From: Botryllus schlosseri
Taxonomy: Eukaryota
Reading direction: 5' to 3'
Assembly (NCBI GenBank): GCA_051294905.1
Contig: CM119371.1
Span: 18,106,001-18,170,000 of the forward strand
DNA length: 64,000 bases
Part shown: positions 39,761-51,623 of the stretch, piece after piece
How positions within the stretch are numbered: the stretch's first letter is position 1
How the letters are laid out: each line of letters begins with the position of its first letter
Program-made: the position numbers and the translations under genes
Notes under the pieces: generated by a model
Told to the model about the DNA's origin: nothing
Database searches by the model: none
Seen by the model: only the letters and a program-made list of their open reading frames with translations

Positions 39761-40885
39761 CCATTCTACAGTTGCGGCATGCTTACACCGGACGAATAGC
39801 CTGAGGAACTTTATTCGTCCGGGTCCGGACGAGTAGACACTTCCTCTTCCCTCACAGAAATACCTTGACGGAGGACTGGAGGAAGGAAAAGAAAATCTTC
39901 GATGGATTCAAAAGCCCATCGCAAGAAGTACAAGAACTAAGCCAGAAAGAAATCTACCAGATCGTAGTTTAACAGAAGACACATTCAGGAGGAAACCGCA
40001 TTGCTGACTGGAAATAAATATGGCTATACCAACCCAACATCAAATATCACACTGATAACCTGCAGCGTGAAATTTCATACCGCAATAACATTGAAAGTTA
40101 GTTTACAGGCTCCAGAAAAATCAACGCAGGTTGGGTACGAAGGTAAGACACCTACTTGAGTAACAGATGCAAATTCTGCCCCATACCTTCGCGGATTGTG
40201 CAACTTACAGAAACCTAGGATGTCGAGAATGACCTGCAAACCACTATCGACGATACACCCGACGAAATCATGCGCAACGTATACGACGGACCGCTTGCTC
40301 CGACCATAACAAAAACTTTTACGAACGTCAAATCCCTAGTGTGGGAATGGAAATATGCACTCGATATTCAAAACGAATACGGCCTAAATATTGACCAACG
40401 CATCAGCGATATAAGAAGTAAAACATACCGCAAAATTTACGCGGGACCAACCAACTGAACACTCCGATGATATGCGATAAATCGTATTTATCGTCCAACA
40501 AAACCCAACCATTTCACCCACAACCTCTCCCAAACACCCTAGCCTCCCATCCCATCCCATCCTCTGAATCCTTCCCCTTCCCATATCACTTCTCCGCCAA
40601 TAACCCTCCCCCTACCCGAATACCCAACACGCCTACGCAAACCATACATCAACGATCATAAACGATACAATTACGTCTACAATAACTTAATATGAACAAT
40701 AAACGCATACGAACGCCAGCTAGCGGCGATTTTTACTTCGCCTCTACTACAAATTCGACTTCGACAACGACTGCGATGAGATGAATCGATGGTGGGAACG
40801 AAAACGAACCAAACCGAATTTTATGCATTGATGATAATATTGCTATTTCATGTACATACAAAAATAAACATCACAAAAACCGTCG

Positions 40886-40901
40886 ATTCCCGGACTGGGA
40901 A
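40886..40901 (+). tRNA. tRNA-Glu(TTC), 3' 16 nt of the interrupted gene
   Basis: attcccggactgggaa completes the T loop. actggga pairs with ttccagt (one G.T pair). Joined length is 72 nt. Confidence 0.8.
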
Positions 40902-40903
40902 CG

Positions 40904-40910
40904 TTTTTTT
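40904..40910 (+). terminator. RNA polymerase III terminator (T7) of the interrupted tRNA-Glu gene
   Basis: Seven T residues 2 nt after the tRNA 3' end. Confidence 0.7.
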
Positions 40911-41010
40911 GTGGGGAAGTTGAAGGGACACTGCATAACTATAGCTTATTGAACTTTCCCCTATTGCATTTTAGCTGTAGTAGTCTACCGTTAAACCTCT
41001 TCCTCAACAC

Positions 41011-41270
41011 CAGGGGTCAGCAACCTTTTGCTCGTCACGGGCCAGAAGTCGAGCGTAAAACTCTTTGGCGGGCCGGAATTTTCATTATCGCTGTAATTCA
41101 CACTCACTTCAGTGCATCACGCTACAATGCTGTAATCTCAACCACACCAATCACAAAAAGAGCAACATATATGTATTCACACTTCAACAACATTGCATTA
41201 TTGCTACACTTGGTGCTGCTTTCTTTGTGACAGCTTTTTCAACATCTGGTAACCAGCCAGATGAAGCAAA
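41011..41270 (-). mobile_element. Diverged terminal fragment related to the 21459/29639 hAT family
   Basis: caggggtcagcaaccttttgctcgtcacgggcc aligns with 29639-29890. Confidence 0.65.
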
Positions 41271-41854
41271 AACCACAGGTCTAGAATAAGTAGCATCCTG
41301 TAGCTGGAGTTGAATCAGGGTGCGGTGAGATTCCACATCAACTTACACTTCAAAATTACTCGATTCCATTGAGCTAAAACGGACTCAGGCTCAGAGTTGC
41401 GGCATTATGCTTGGAATCACTCAGTACCCCCTACTTTGACCACGTTTCATATAATAGCCTATATGCCCCATTGCTCAGGCTTTGTTACATTTCCACAGAG
41501 GCATAAGGCTTTCACCAGCATAACACAATTGAACTGAACCCCAGAGACACGCACCATAGATTACTAACCTACGTAGGTTAATGTTCTAACCAGAGGTTGT
41601 CAGTAAACAAGTACACCTACTTTTTCATAAAACTTTTGCCTACACACGTGATTACTGGTTATGTTCCATACTATATCCGCTCAGATTATCAGGCAAAACA
41701 ACTTGGGCGCATCTTCGATTTTCTCAGGTAGTTGAGGACATAGGCGCCGAGTTACGGGAGGGCAGGGTGGCGCAGCCACCCGATAACACATTTAAGGGAG
41801 GGCGGCCATACCCCATACAACCGGATTAAACGCCCGCGGTCTGTGATTTTAAAT

Positions 41855-42907
41855 CAGGGGTCACCAACCTTTTTGCAGCCGAGGGCTACTTTTGCGTAAT
41901 GATTGAAGCGGCGGGCTACTATTTACTCCCGCCGTTGACCCGTACCACACCGTATTTCCGCTTTGATATTTATAGCACTGGGCGGGACTGGACATCATGT
42001 TATCAGTTTCTATAGCAGTCAGTGGGAAGCCTGACATTGTATGATATCAACTAGTGCACTGTACTCTGGTATGTCACTTGACGCTGCATGCAATTCTGAG
42101 TGAGTGTTCCAGATGTGCATTAATTAAGCGTGTTTTGTGTTTGTTTTTGATGAATTTCATGTCCGAAAAGGCTGATTCACAACGATAAGTTCAACCATAG
42201 ACGCTTGCAACCTTCATAGCTGCTGCGCATACACCACTGTGCTTTTCCGTATCAACAAGGCCCCAAACGTTTGCTGCAGACTGAGGTGGGGATCATTTTT
42301 CAGTGTTACAATTTCAATGTCCAACTGTTCAGCATCCAGAAATGACAAGATTTCATTATACCGGACAACGGTTACATAAAGTTAGTAACATGGTATACTA
42401 AACTGCGTTGAGTGTAACAGAAACAAGCTGTGTCAAAAGATGCAATACGTAATGGGTATACAGATATTCAAAATCTGCTAGTACTTCACGGCCATCTAAC
42501 TCCGAATAGTGATATTGTTTACTACTTTGGCATTGTCGTGGACGTCGAGCCATCATAACGGAACCCCCGCCATTTCAAGAAGACCGTGAATGGCATTCCG
42601 TCATGTCGCCTGTATAGGCAATGCGCCGTATCTTCAATTTCTGGTGATTCTATCACATACATCTATATATTACTAATTGTAATTGAGGATATTTATAAGT
42701 GTTTATATATGTAAGTTACATGTCAGTGTATTTTGAAACAAGAATAGCTGAATCAATCAAATCTATATATTTAAAAGCTCACTGGTAATAATCAGACGAA
42801 TATTGGTAAATGCTGCTATTCCGCCTTTTTTAGAACGGGCTCGCGGGCTACTCATCTAGTCCTCGCGGGCTACCTGGGGCCCGCGGGCACCGGGTTGGTG
42901 ACCCCTG
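41855..42907 (-). mobile_element. Non-autonomous hAT (Buster-type) with dimerisation-domain remnant
   Basis: Perfect 15-bp TIR caggggtcaccaacc and TSD ttttaaat. Minus-strand AMKVASVYG*TYRCESAFSDMKFIKNK at ~42140-42220. Confidence 0.92.
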
Positions 42908-43755
42908 TTTTAAATCATCATCGCTGTCAATTAGCGAGTCCGTGATGACGCGTAAATGCCAACTATTTGCAATTAACCGATCCGGGCGCGGATAATTGAA
43001 TACGTACGCAGCTATACGTTGGCGACGACGAACTACCATTGCCGAATCTGAGTATTTAGGTATGACTAGCGCACCCTGTAATTGTAATTATTGCAGGTTT
43101 GCTGCATGTCTGCAATTTCGTTATCAGCGCAACTTTGCCGGCCGATTGTACAGTCCGATAAAATTAATCGCTACTATGTATTTCGCACAGCGTACTGATG
43201 CCGATCTCAGCAAATTACCGATTCTTTATAGATGTACAAATTCGACCTCATCGTTAGAAACGCAGATTTCATCGCGAGCTCTGAGAAATACCATCTCCTA
43301 TCCTACGAATTTAAGTGCATTATTTGCAACGATGAGGGCCGCAAGCCGCGTTTAAAATATTTTGTGAACCATTTTTGTGATAAATATTCTCGGGGCGCAA
43401 AGTTGAACAGTGTTTTATTGTGTGTGCCTGCTAGTTGGAAGTTATTCCAGTGCCCATAATATTAATCCAATTATGCTTTGCGAACGTAAATCGGACGTAA
43501 ATCGGGAAATGCATCGATGCAGTCGAAATCGATGTTTTAATAGCAACCAATTGTCGCGATGCGAGCTACTCAATACCAAGTAAAAACCCATTGTGTTGGC
43601 GGTATAAGATAATTACTAATTGGCCGCGCGCGTTTGTAATCATAATTCTTGTCTGTCTTCCGCGTTCCAGAATTGTCGCGCTGTGCTACTGCTCAGTCCA
43701 GCGACGTATGCCAAGCGCGCAGCAATCAATGACCTAATTTGGCAAGCATCTAGAG

Positions 43756-45779
43756 CAGTGGTTCCCAAACTTTTTCGGTGTGAGGGCCAAATTTAGAATT
43801 TCAGAGTACGGTCGGGGCCGCACGAACACTACGGCTATGAAACGGACGCAAACAGTCATCATGGCTATTTCGGAGTAGTTTCTTGCCCTAGCGAGATTTC
43901 AAAACTGTACACTGTTTACGGCTATACTTATCTGTTGCATTGGGTGTCCGTTGAGTGAATCAGCTTTTCGCGCATAAACGCGCGATGCGCGAGAAATTTC
44001 TTTAGTTTCATGACTGAATCGGTCAATATGATCGGGAATCGCATGTATTGCTATCAATTTTCATCCCGTCTCTGTTCACGTAATCTGATTTACCGGTAAA
44101 GCTGAGTGAGGTGTGTTTGTAAAGGTATAGGCCCCCTCAATAGTAATTAAACATCTCCGGGGTATACCAGTTGGCAGGAACGTAACAGCACTTCTTCAGG
44201 ATCCAGGGCTCCCATAGGGTGATAAACTGACCCCGCATCACGTTGTTCGCTTTTGCCACGAAATTAAAGTTGTACTGTTTAGTGAGACAGCGCGCGACGT
44301 GCGAATATTTCGATAATTCATGATAAAATTGGTGACTAAGATCGGGAATTGCATGGTTGTCCTCTCTGCCCACGTAATCAGATTTACCGGTAGAGCTGAG
44401 TGAGAGGTGCCTTTGAAACTGCAGACCCCGTTAAATCAAACATCATCGGGCGGGCGGACCCCTAGGTATGACTTCTTTACATGATGTTATTTCGTGACCT
44501 CCTCCTGTCTGCTATATCAAAAAATGTAGAATTGCCAAAACCTACTAAACTGAAAGATCACACGATTTCAGATTGGTATTTCTTCACTGGCATATAATTT
44601 TCTTTCCTGCGGGATGGTATTTGTCTTGCGAGGTTCAGATTGCCAAGACAAGAACATTCGGCGCCAGTCATTTAGGCGCGTATATGGACAATTAAAACTA
44701 TATGTATTTTGTATACATAACGAAGTTTTTGGTATTTCGAAGTTTTTGGTCAGCATAAAAGCAGTCCTTTACGGCCAAGGCTTTCTCGCTGCCGATCGTT
44801 CTGACACACTTCTTGGAGTCACATGTTACATGGTCTAAAACTTTATATGTCTTGGTTCGTTGTGGTGCGGTCATGGCCAACGCTGATATGCCCATTTCTA
44901 TAAATCTTGCGTATTTTTTCTTGGGGAAGAGTACCCAATAATCAAGATATGTGGCGAATTGAAATCGCGCATGGCGCGAAAAATGTTTGAAAAAGTTGCA
45001 TAAATTTTCCAAAAATGCTCTGTAAAACATGCTAATTCACGAAATAATTTTGGGCCCTTTCCGAGCTCGGCCCCCCTCAATTGGGGGTTTGGGGTGCGGC
45101 AGTTACGGTCCTGACTATATAGGACTACCAAATGTGCTGCTTTTAGCCGGCTAAGCAGTATGCATCTCGTCGTATTCAACCGTAAGTCACGTGTTGCAGA
45201 TCTAGTCATCATAGGTTCTCTTTTTTGATTTTTTTTTAAATATGTCCTCGGAGGACGCCCAAATGTCTTATTTTTTGAGGATTTTCGTCACATATAGGGC
45301 CCAATTCGACTGATATACATTAAGTCAGCTCTGTAGGAACGCTACGGTGGCTATTTAGGGAGCTGGACCGGAAAGTTGACCTTTTTTTCAGTCAACCACC
45401 TGTTAGTGTAAGAGAAAAACTGTATTTTCCGGGAGTTGGGCCTCTTTTTCTCTTTTAGTCAAGCGACCACGAAGTGGGAAAAATTTACCATTTCTTCAGG
45501 ATTTTTCTCCGATTTTGAAAGTTATCAATACCTATTTATATCTATAGCTACTGCTCGTTCAACTGGAAAGTTAGGGCACATTGCATTGAAAGAGCAGTGA
45601 CGTAACGTTAGCAGTCTATACTCACAACTTTCCTGCAATTCTGTAATCAAAAACTACAGAGACCAAGCCAAACAAGAGTGTTTTATAAATATAAATTTTA
45701 TTTTTTGTCATAAATCGATTTCTTAATATATTTTGGGGGCCGCAAGAAGGCTATCTGGGGCCGCACTTGGGAGTCACAG
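43756..45779 (+). mobile_element. Non-autonomous hAT host element (same family as 56003-57991) containing a Tip100-like guest at ~43910-45113
   Basis: Left end cagtggttcccaaac, perfect TSD atctagag (43748-43755, 45780-45787). Guest right end gttacggtcctg at 45113. Confidence 0.85.
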
Positions 45780-46592
45780 ATCTAGAGGGAGATCGCGTCG
45801 CGTTGCATTGTGCGATGCGATATGCTTGCACAGACGGATCTCGCTAATTGATCGCGGCCCCGCGTAACACTGATAATACGACTTGATGAATTGCAACTGA
45901 ATATTAGCGTCTGAATGGTGTAACCGGGTGAGTAAGCCAATGTAACGTAATATGTTCTCAAAAATTGAACCCTTCGCTGTCATTGGTATAGCTATATAAG
46001 CAACATATCCGCCAAACCCACCTGAAGGAGTAGCCAACTTTCCTTCACTTCAATATTCACTTAAGGCATAACGCTAAATTGAAATTTATGGATTTTCGGC
46101 ACTCGTCGATGTGAAATCGACGGCGCAGATTTAAAGAAACAGCAGCAGTAGGCCTACAGAATTCGCGTTGAAATGACAAAGGCATTCTCAATTTCTACAG
46201 AAATAGTACTATATGATATTTTAAAGAGAGGTCATTTTTTTGCTGTTCATCACTAGCCTACAGTTACTATTTGCACACGACTGATGACGGTTGCACGATG
46301 ATAGAGCTAAATTTGAACTAAAACTAAGGGATCCGACGGATCCGTGACGGTCCAAAGGGGGTCCGTGATGATAGAAAGGTTGAGAACCACTGCACTAAAG
46401 TAATTAGGAGTAAGTAGAGCAAGTAGGCAAAATCTATTTCATTACCCTACTCCTAAATTTATAGCTATATTTCGTTACTGGCCACTTCTTCATTTTTATT
46501 GAAGCGGCACCTCGCCATCTGATCCGCGTAAGCCGTATCTTAAAAAACCTAGAAGTTAAGGAATCATAATATAGAATATCCGCCTGTTACAA

Positions 46593-46955
46593 ATGACCAT
46601 TGCTGTCGAAACACACATGGATACAACAAACAACAAGAACAACAACAACACCTCTGCATTTAGCTGTACACTTCGCGGCGGCACATAGTCCCCTCCTCCC
46701 ACAAAAGAGAATGTACTAATTGGGAAAGGTTGTCCGATGTTAGCCTCACTTCTTTCCGGGTGGCGTACGCTGAGGAAGCATCATCCAAACTACCAACAGA
46801 GGACTGGTTGGTGTCAGATCTGCCGGTTTTTCCACGGTATCAATGTAGACGACGCGTATCAAGGCCCTATCGCTCTTTGCAAATACATATCTGTCCTTCA
46901 TTACAAGCACAGCAAGGCAGATGATGCGACATTCTATTCGCAGGACACGGATTAA
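46593..46955 (+). pseudogene. Best-preserved copy 3 of the decayed unknown ORF
   Basis: One frame from ATG 46593 to TAA 46955 with a single internal TAG: MTIAVETHMDTTNN...GKGCPMLASLLSGWRTLRKHHPNYQQRTGWCQICRFFHG...SQDTD. Confidence 0.45.
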
Positions 46956-47110
46956 GGAAGATAATACGCAGTGCTATTCGATGAAACTTAAATTAGACAA
47001 AACGGGGAGATTCTCAACCACTAATATTTGCATTATATATATATATATATATATATATAAATGGTTTAAATGCAGACAATTATACGAGTACATTGGTTAA
47101 ACAGCGATAA

Positions 47111-48062
47111 CCCTTACGAGGTGGGGTCATATTTTGAAGAACTGACCATCAGTTTTCAAATTCACAGCGTGACCTCACCGTTCCTGTTTAAAAGTGGGCG
47201 GAGTATAGCTATGTACCGATTCCGCCCTTGATCGACACCCTTTGATATGTCTAGGGTTTTTTAATAAACTTGAATAAACAAACTTTTTCTCCAAAAATTA
47301 TCTCTCATTTACATCTCAAGGCTGACATCATGGCAGACTCCCTCGATGGCGTCAGAGAGACAAAAATAATGCTTCATTGCGTAGCCACCGTCGCCTGGTT
47401 TCAAACAAGCCGTCAACGATGGTTGTAAACCGCGCGGTTTTCTCAGATATCGAAAAATGGAAAATACATGGAAAATTCACAAATGGGTGTAGTCAGTGAG
47501 TGGTGATCAAGGTCAAGTTCATGATCAAACTTCAATCGAACCCCTACCGTCCGGTTTATGGCCTAAAAAAAACAATATACTTTCTTTTGTCATATCCAAC
47601 CATTAGCAGACATAGTAAACCAGTTTATGACTCATATGCCGTCACGAATTTATAATGCAACTTGACCTAGATCTTGAAAATCGCTGAAACGTGACTACGA
47701 TTAACAACCCGCCTCAGAAAACTCTCCAGTACACGTTTTGAACTTTTGATGGTTCGATACGGTGAAAATTTACACAGAATAGAATACCGTGCAACTTCGG
47801 ATGTTCTGGCAGAATTTCCGACAATATTTCTCACATGGAAAATATCTGGAAATTTTAGGTGATAACCATTTTTCAGGGATTTTTTATTTCATTTAAGCAA
47901 ACCAAGATTTTTGAGTTAGGTACTAAATGAATTGGAAAAGTCTCAGCTTTTCAAAAAACGTAGTACCCAATGTCTAGGCTCTAGGGCGTGTCAACATGGA
48001 GAAATCGGCCATGGAAACATGTCATATCATATATGATACATGATACACCCACCTCGTAAGGG
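47111..48062. mobile_element. Non-autonomous piggyBac-like element
   Basis: Perfect 15-bp TIR cccttacgaggtggg, flanked by ataa and ttttaa. The empty paralogous site is TTAA at 20311-20314. Confidence 0.88.
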
Positions 48063-49524
48063 TTTTAAGAACTGGTAAAATAAACCGTTTAACGGTCGGA
48101 GTTGGTCAAAGCAGTGCTGCTCAAGTTGAAGAAATAATGCCGTAAATTTCTCCTCAATCGGAACTAGAAGCAGCGATATCCAGTTCTTTTCAAAACTATT
48201 TCAATTGAAAGCACAAAGTGAAAGGTCTGATAACGTAGTTTCAAAGATTAGAGTTATTGGAGACTTGGAGGATACTTTGGCCTACTAAAACTGTTAAGCA
48301 GCAGTGATAGCAGTCTAAAATGCATGTGCACTTGAGTAAGTTGCGCAGGTATTCAACGTCTTTACCTGACTATTTCAGAAATGTAGAACTATTTCGTTGC
48401 TGACCAACTCGGATGTGAAGTTATGCTCTGTTTGAGATTTACTCTTGCTTGCGTTAGCAATTATAAGAAATGGAAACGTCCACACGATTGCTATGGAAAA
48501 AGTTTATTAATATAGTACACACTGCATATTCATCAGGATCGAATATTCTCGCAAGTGTTGAAAATACCAATTATAATTATAAAGGCTTATAATGGGCGGC
48601 ATCAGTTACGGCGAACGAAATTACGCATCCAAAAACCCAAACACAAAAAATATATGCTGCATGCCATGAGTGTCAGTGCCATTGCATCACGCGGAGACAA
48701 CGCGAGGGACACATCATATTTTTCACGTAATAGCCTAAGTAAATGGGACTGTAAGATTAAGGTCGCGTCGATAAACTGCTGTTTCGACGCGACACTCCGA
48801 GGTCAATGAGTGCCGATTTACCAGGCTTCGAACCCTGTCTGCTGCACTAAATCTGCTTCGGACTATGCGAACCTTGTGTATCTTCTTCCCATTCTATTTA
48901 ATCCAACCAAACAACCCGAGTCGAAGAATCATATAGACTGCAGATTTCGTTGTCAGATATGCAAAGATGCTAAGTGTAACCGAGTGATTCGCAATAGTGC
49001 CCGCTCGTCCGTTGCTCGATGGAATGGAGGACGAGACAGCAGTAACGAGGGCAATTTATGCAAGCGAAAAAGACAATTCAAACAGTAATCTAACAATCAA
49101 ATCACTGAAATCGTACAAATACAATTAGTAGAAACACGAAATACGTGTCAGAAATTTGGCAAAGAGTGTCAGAAATTTGGCAAAGAGTGGGGAAACCGTG
49201 ACGCGCGATGGCGATTGACCTCGACACTACCGAGATTGCTTTATTATGTTGCATATTGTCAAAATCGTTTCGCTGCAGTTCCAATACGGTCGTTTCTCGA
49301 GAAAATGGCCGCTGCAAATAATTTTCGCAATTTTATCTATAATTTGAGACCGCGTCATATTTAGAGAGCCCTAGATATGAACATAAGTACAGTATACATT
49401 TACATCATGTGAGAAGTATCGAACAATCGGAAAAAACGAGGTTATGCTAACGGCGTTGCAATATAATTAGGTGTAACGAATTCATTGCAGCTGGCCGATA
49501 TCAACATAACGAGAACCTTTAACG

Positions 49525-49846
49525 CAGTGGTTTTCAACCTTTTTTTAGACACGCCCCCCTTTTTGATAGTGAAAAATTTCGCGCCCCCCTTATTTATCGT
49601 CATATCACAAAATCCAACTGGGATGGTAGCAACCCCAACAGATTGTTTGATGGTATGGACGGTTATGAATGTTGATGAGAGAATAAAAATATATGAAATT
49701 GGGTCTATATAGAGAGAAACACGCGTGCATTGGAGGTAAATCGCGCGAAGCCCGAACAATTTTTTCAGGTGACCGCATCTTCGCGCCAGCTTCAGATGTT
49801 TCACGCCCCCGCACGGGGGGCGCGCCCCACAGGTTGAGAACCCCTG
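49525..49846. mobile_element. hAT MITE (322 bp)
   Basis: Ends cagtggttttcaacc and ggttgagaacccctg. Perfect TSD ctttaacg. Empty site ctttgacg at 21432-21439. Confidence 0.92.
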
Positions 49847-50492
49847 CTTTAACGGGTCAAATGCTATTATGAGCAATATCAATTGGAACTTGGATTGAAT
49901 AGTATCTGCAAACATCTATATTGCCAGATACGGATTGTCGGATTGTCTATATTGCCAGATACGGATATGGATATGTGAAAATGGTCCACGTAACTGATAA
50001 TAACAGACCACAAATATATTCAGGATTACAGCTTAATTCGTTTCGGTTGAGTACAGTTTCCAACTCTGCTCACAAATATTAGGAACAGAAACTCTTTGTA
50101 GCTCTCGCGGGCCACATAAAATAATAGTTTGGCGTCAGTAAAGAGATGCTGAGGGTATATAAACTACGATTTTTACATAGGTTACTCTCTATGCGCCGTT
50201 GATTTCATGATTTAGTTTATTGAGTGTAAAACAATGCTGATTGACAGCTTTGTTAGCATATCGTCAATATCCAATGTAAAAATACCGTATGAGAACTAAA
50301 GTAACACGACGCCTCCGATGATTACATTTCGCTCCCGATAATGTGTTGATGGCGAAGCAAGAATGCTATTTAAAAATTTATTCTCATACAGAATTACAAT
50401 GTCCATGTTCTAGATCGGGGAATACTGTAGCCTATATCTGTGTTACTGAAAGTCAGTGGTTTCTGGACGAGCGAAATTACAGTGGAATGAAT

Positions 50493-51623
50493 TCATACCG
50501 GGAGCTTATGTCTGGCGCACAGGAAGGGTTTCCAAGGGAATATTTCCTGTCTCCCTTGATGCGCTCTCTGACATAAGACTAACCATGGAAAAAATTTTAA
50601 TTTCCAATCGGTTGCAATTAAATTGACGCAAATTAGATTGATCATCACGTTTAAGCCACCAATACTTTGCATGACGAGAGCTAGTTCCACGAAGTTCAGA
50701 AGCAATAGTGACACAGTTGTATCCGTGACCAGCACTACGGTTGTCAGGATGGTTATTCGTTTTAGCAATCGAACATATTTATGATCCGTTGGAATATTTG
50801 ACTTGCGATTATTTTGCATGTTCCTAATCAAAGGATAGATGAATAAAATCAGGAGTGGAAACTGAATGGCCCACGGAGCTGCCATCCACATCCACGTGAG
50901 CCGTCCGGACACAATATGCGCTACGATTCCCCGAGAGTCCACCAACGTGAAGACAGTTACAAAAGCGACAACGACTGTCATATAAACAATGAAGTATTTA
51001 CTGATCAATCTTGTAATCTTATTTGAAAGATGAGCCAATGTTTGTTCCCGATAGAACGCTCTTTGCCTTTGCCAAATCACTGCATATATGGTTAGAAACA
51101 CAAATACCCAGACAGCTGGGACGTATTGTGACACTGACAACAAATAATCGTAAGCCAATCCACATTTGGCAGGTAAGATAGTCGACAAAAGAAGGTACAT
51201 CTTAGCAGAATTTTCTCCGGTATCAAATAAATTGTTGAAATTAAACTGCTTTGAATTGTTTTGATACATCTCAATCAAAGTTCTTTGACCTTCGGACAAA
51301 TTCTTCTTTTCACTATTCAAATTCAAAAACGAATGCCGGGAAATGTCTTTCCGTTCGTCCATCATGAAAGAGCAATGTCGTTTTAATATTATCGCTCCTG
51401 CTATATCCATAATTTCCGAAACAGCGAAGACAGTGCAGCTAACAGAAAGCATAATGTTTTCAACCCGCTTCTTTGTCATCTTACAATCACAGCAAGGCTG
51501 CTCATTTTCACGAATCAGATGCAACCACAGAACAAAACACATGTAGACTGCGATGCCACACACCACAGATTCACACGCGATTAGAGTGTCGACGCCAGGG
51601 AAGATATCTTCTTGTTTGGCCAT
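50493..51623 (-). CDS. Intronless 7-transmembrane GPCR-like protein, paralog 3 (376 aa)
   Basis: Intact ORF, closest to paralog 2 (identical N-terminus MAKQEDIFPGVDTLIACESVVCG). Flanks are also homologous to those of paralog 2. Confidence 0.87.
   Translation of the reverse strand: MAKQEDIFPGVDTLIACESVVCGIAVYMCFVLWLHLIRENEQPCCDCKMTKKRVENIMLSVSCTVFAVSEIMDIAGAIILKRHCSFMMDERKDISRHSFLNLNSEKKNLSEGQRTLIEMYQNNSKQFNFNNLFDTGENSAKMYLLLSTILPAKCGLAYDYLLSVSQYVPAVWVFVFLTIYAVIWQRQRAFYREQTLAHLSNKITRLISKYFIVYMTVVVAFVTVFTLVDSRGIVAHIVSGRLTWMWMAAPWAIQFPLLILFIYPLIRNMQNNRKSNIPTDHKYVRLLKRITILTTVVLVTDTTVSLLLLNFVELALVMQSIGGLNVMINLICVNLIATDWKLKFFPWLVLCQRAHQGRQEIFPWKPFLCARHKLPV

Larger units (their letters stand above)
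35504..39844 (-). mobile_element. MULE/Mutator-like element, internally deleted
   Basis: ~56-bp TIRs (gg(c/a)agtg(g/t)ctactcgtccggacccggacgaataa...) and perfect 9-bp TSD tcttccctc (35495-35503, 39845-39853). Confidence 0.93.
32021..40882 (+). mobile_element. 5'-truncated L1/Tx1-like LINE (~1.15 kb net) in three pieces: 32021-32086, 35448-35503, 39854-40882
   Basis: One frame runs across both insertions into a zf-RVT-like region (DWK*IW...NLQREISYR...CKFC../HTFADC...KSLVWEWK). C-rich 3' UTR, aataaa at 40863-40868 and a short A-rich end. tcg is duplicated at both junctions. Confidence 0.72.
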
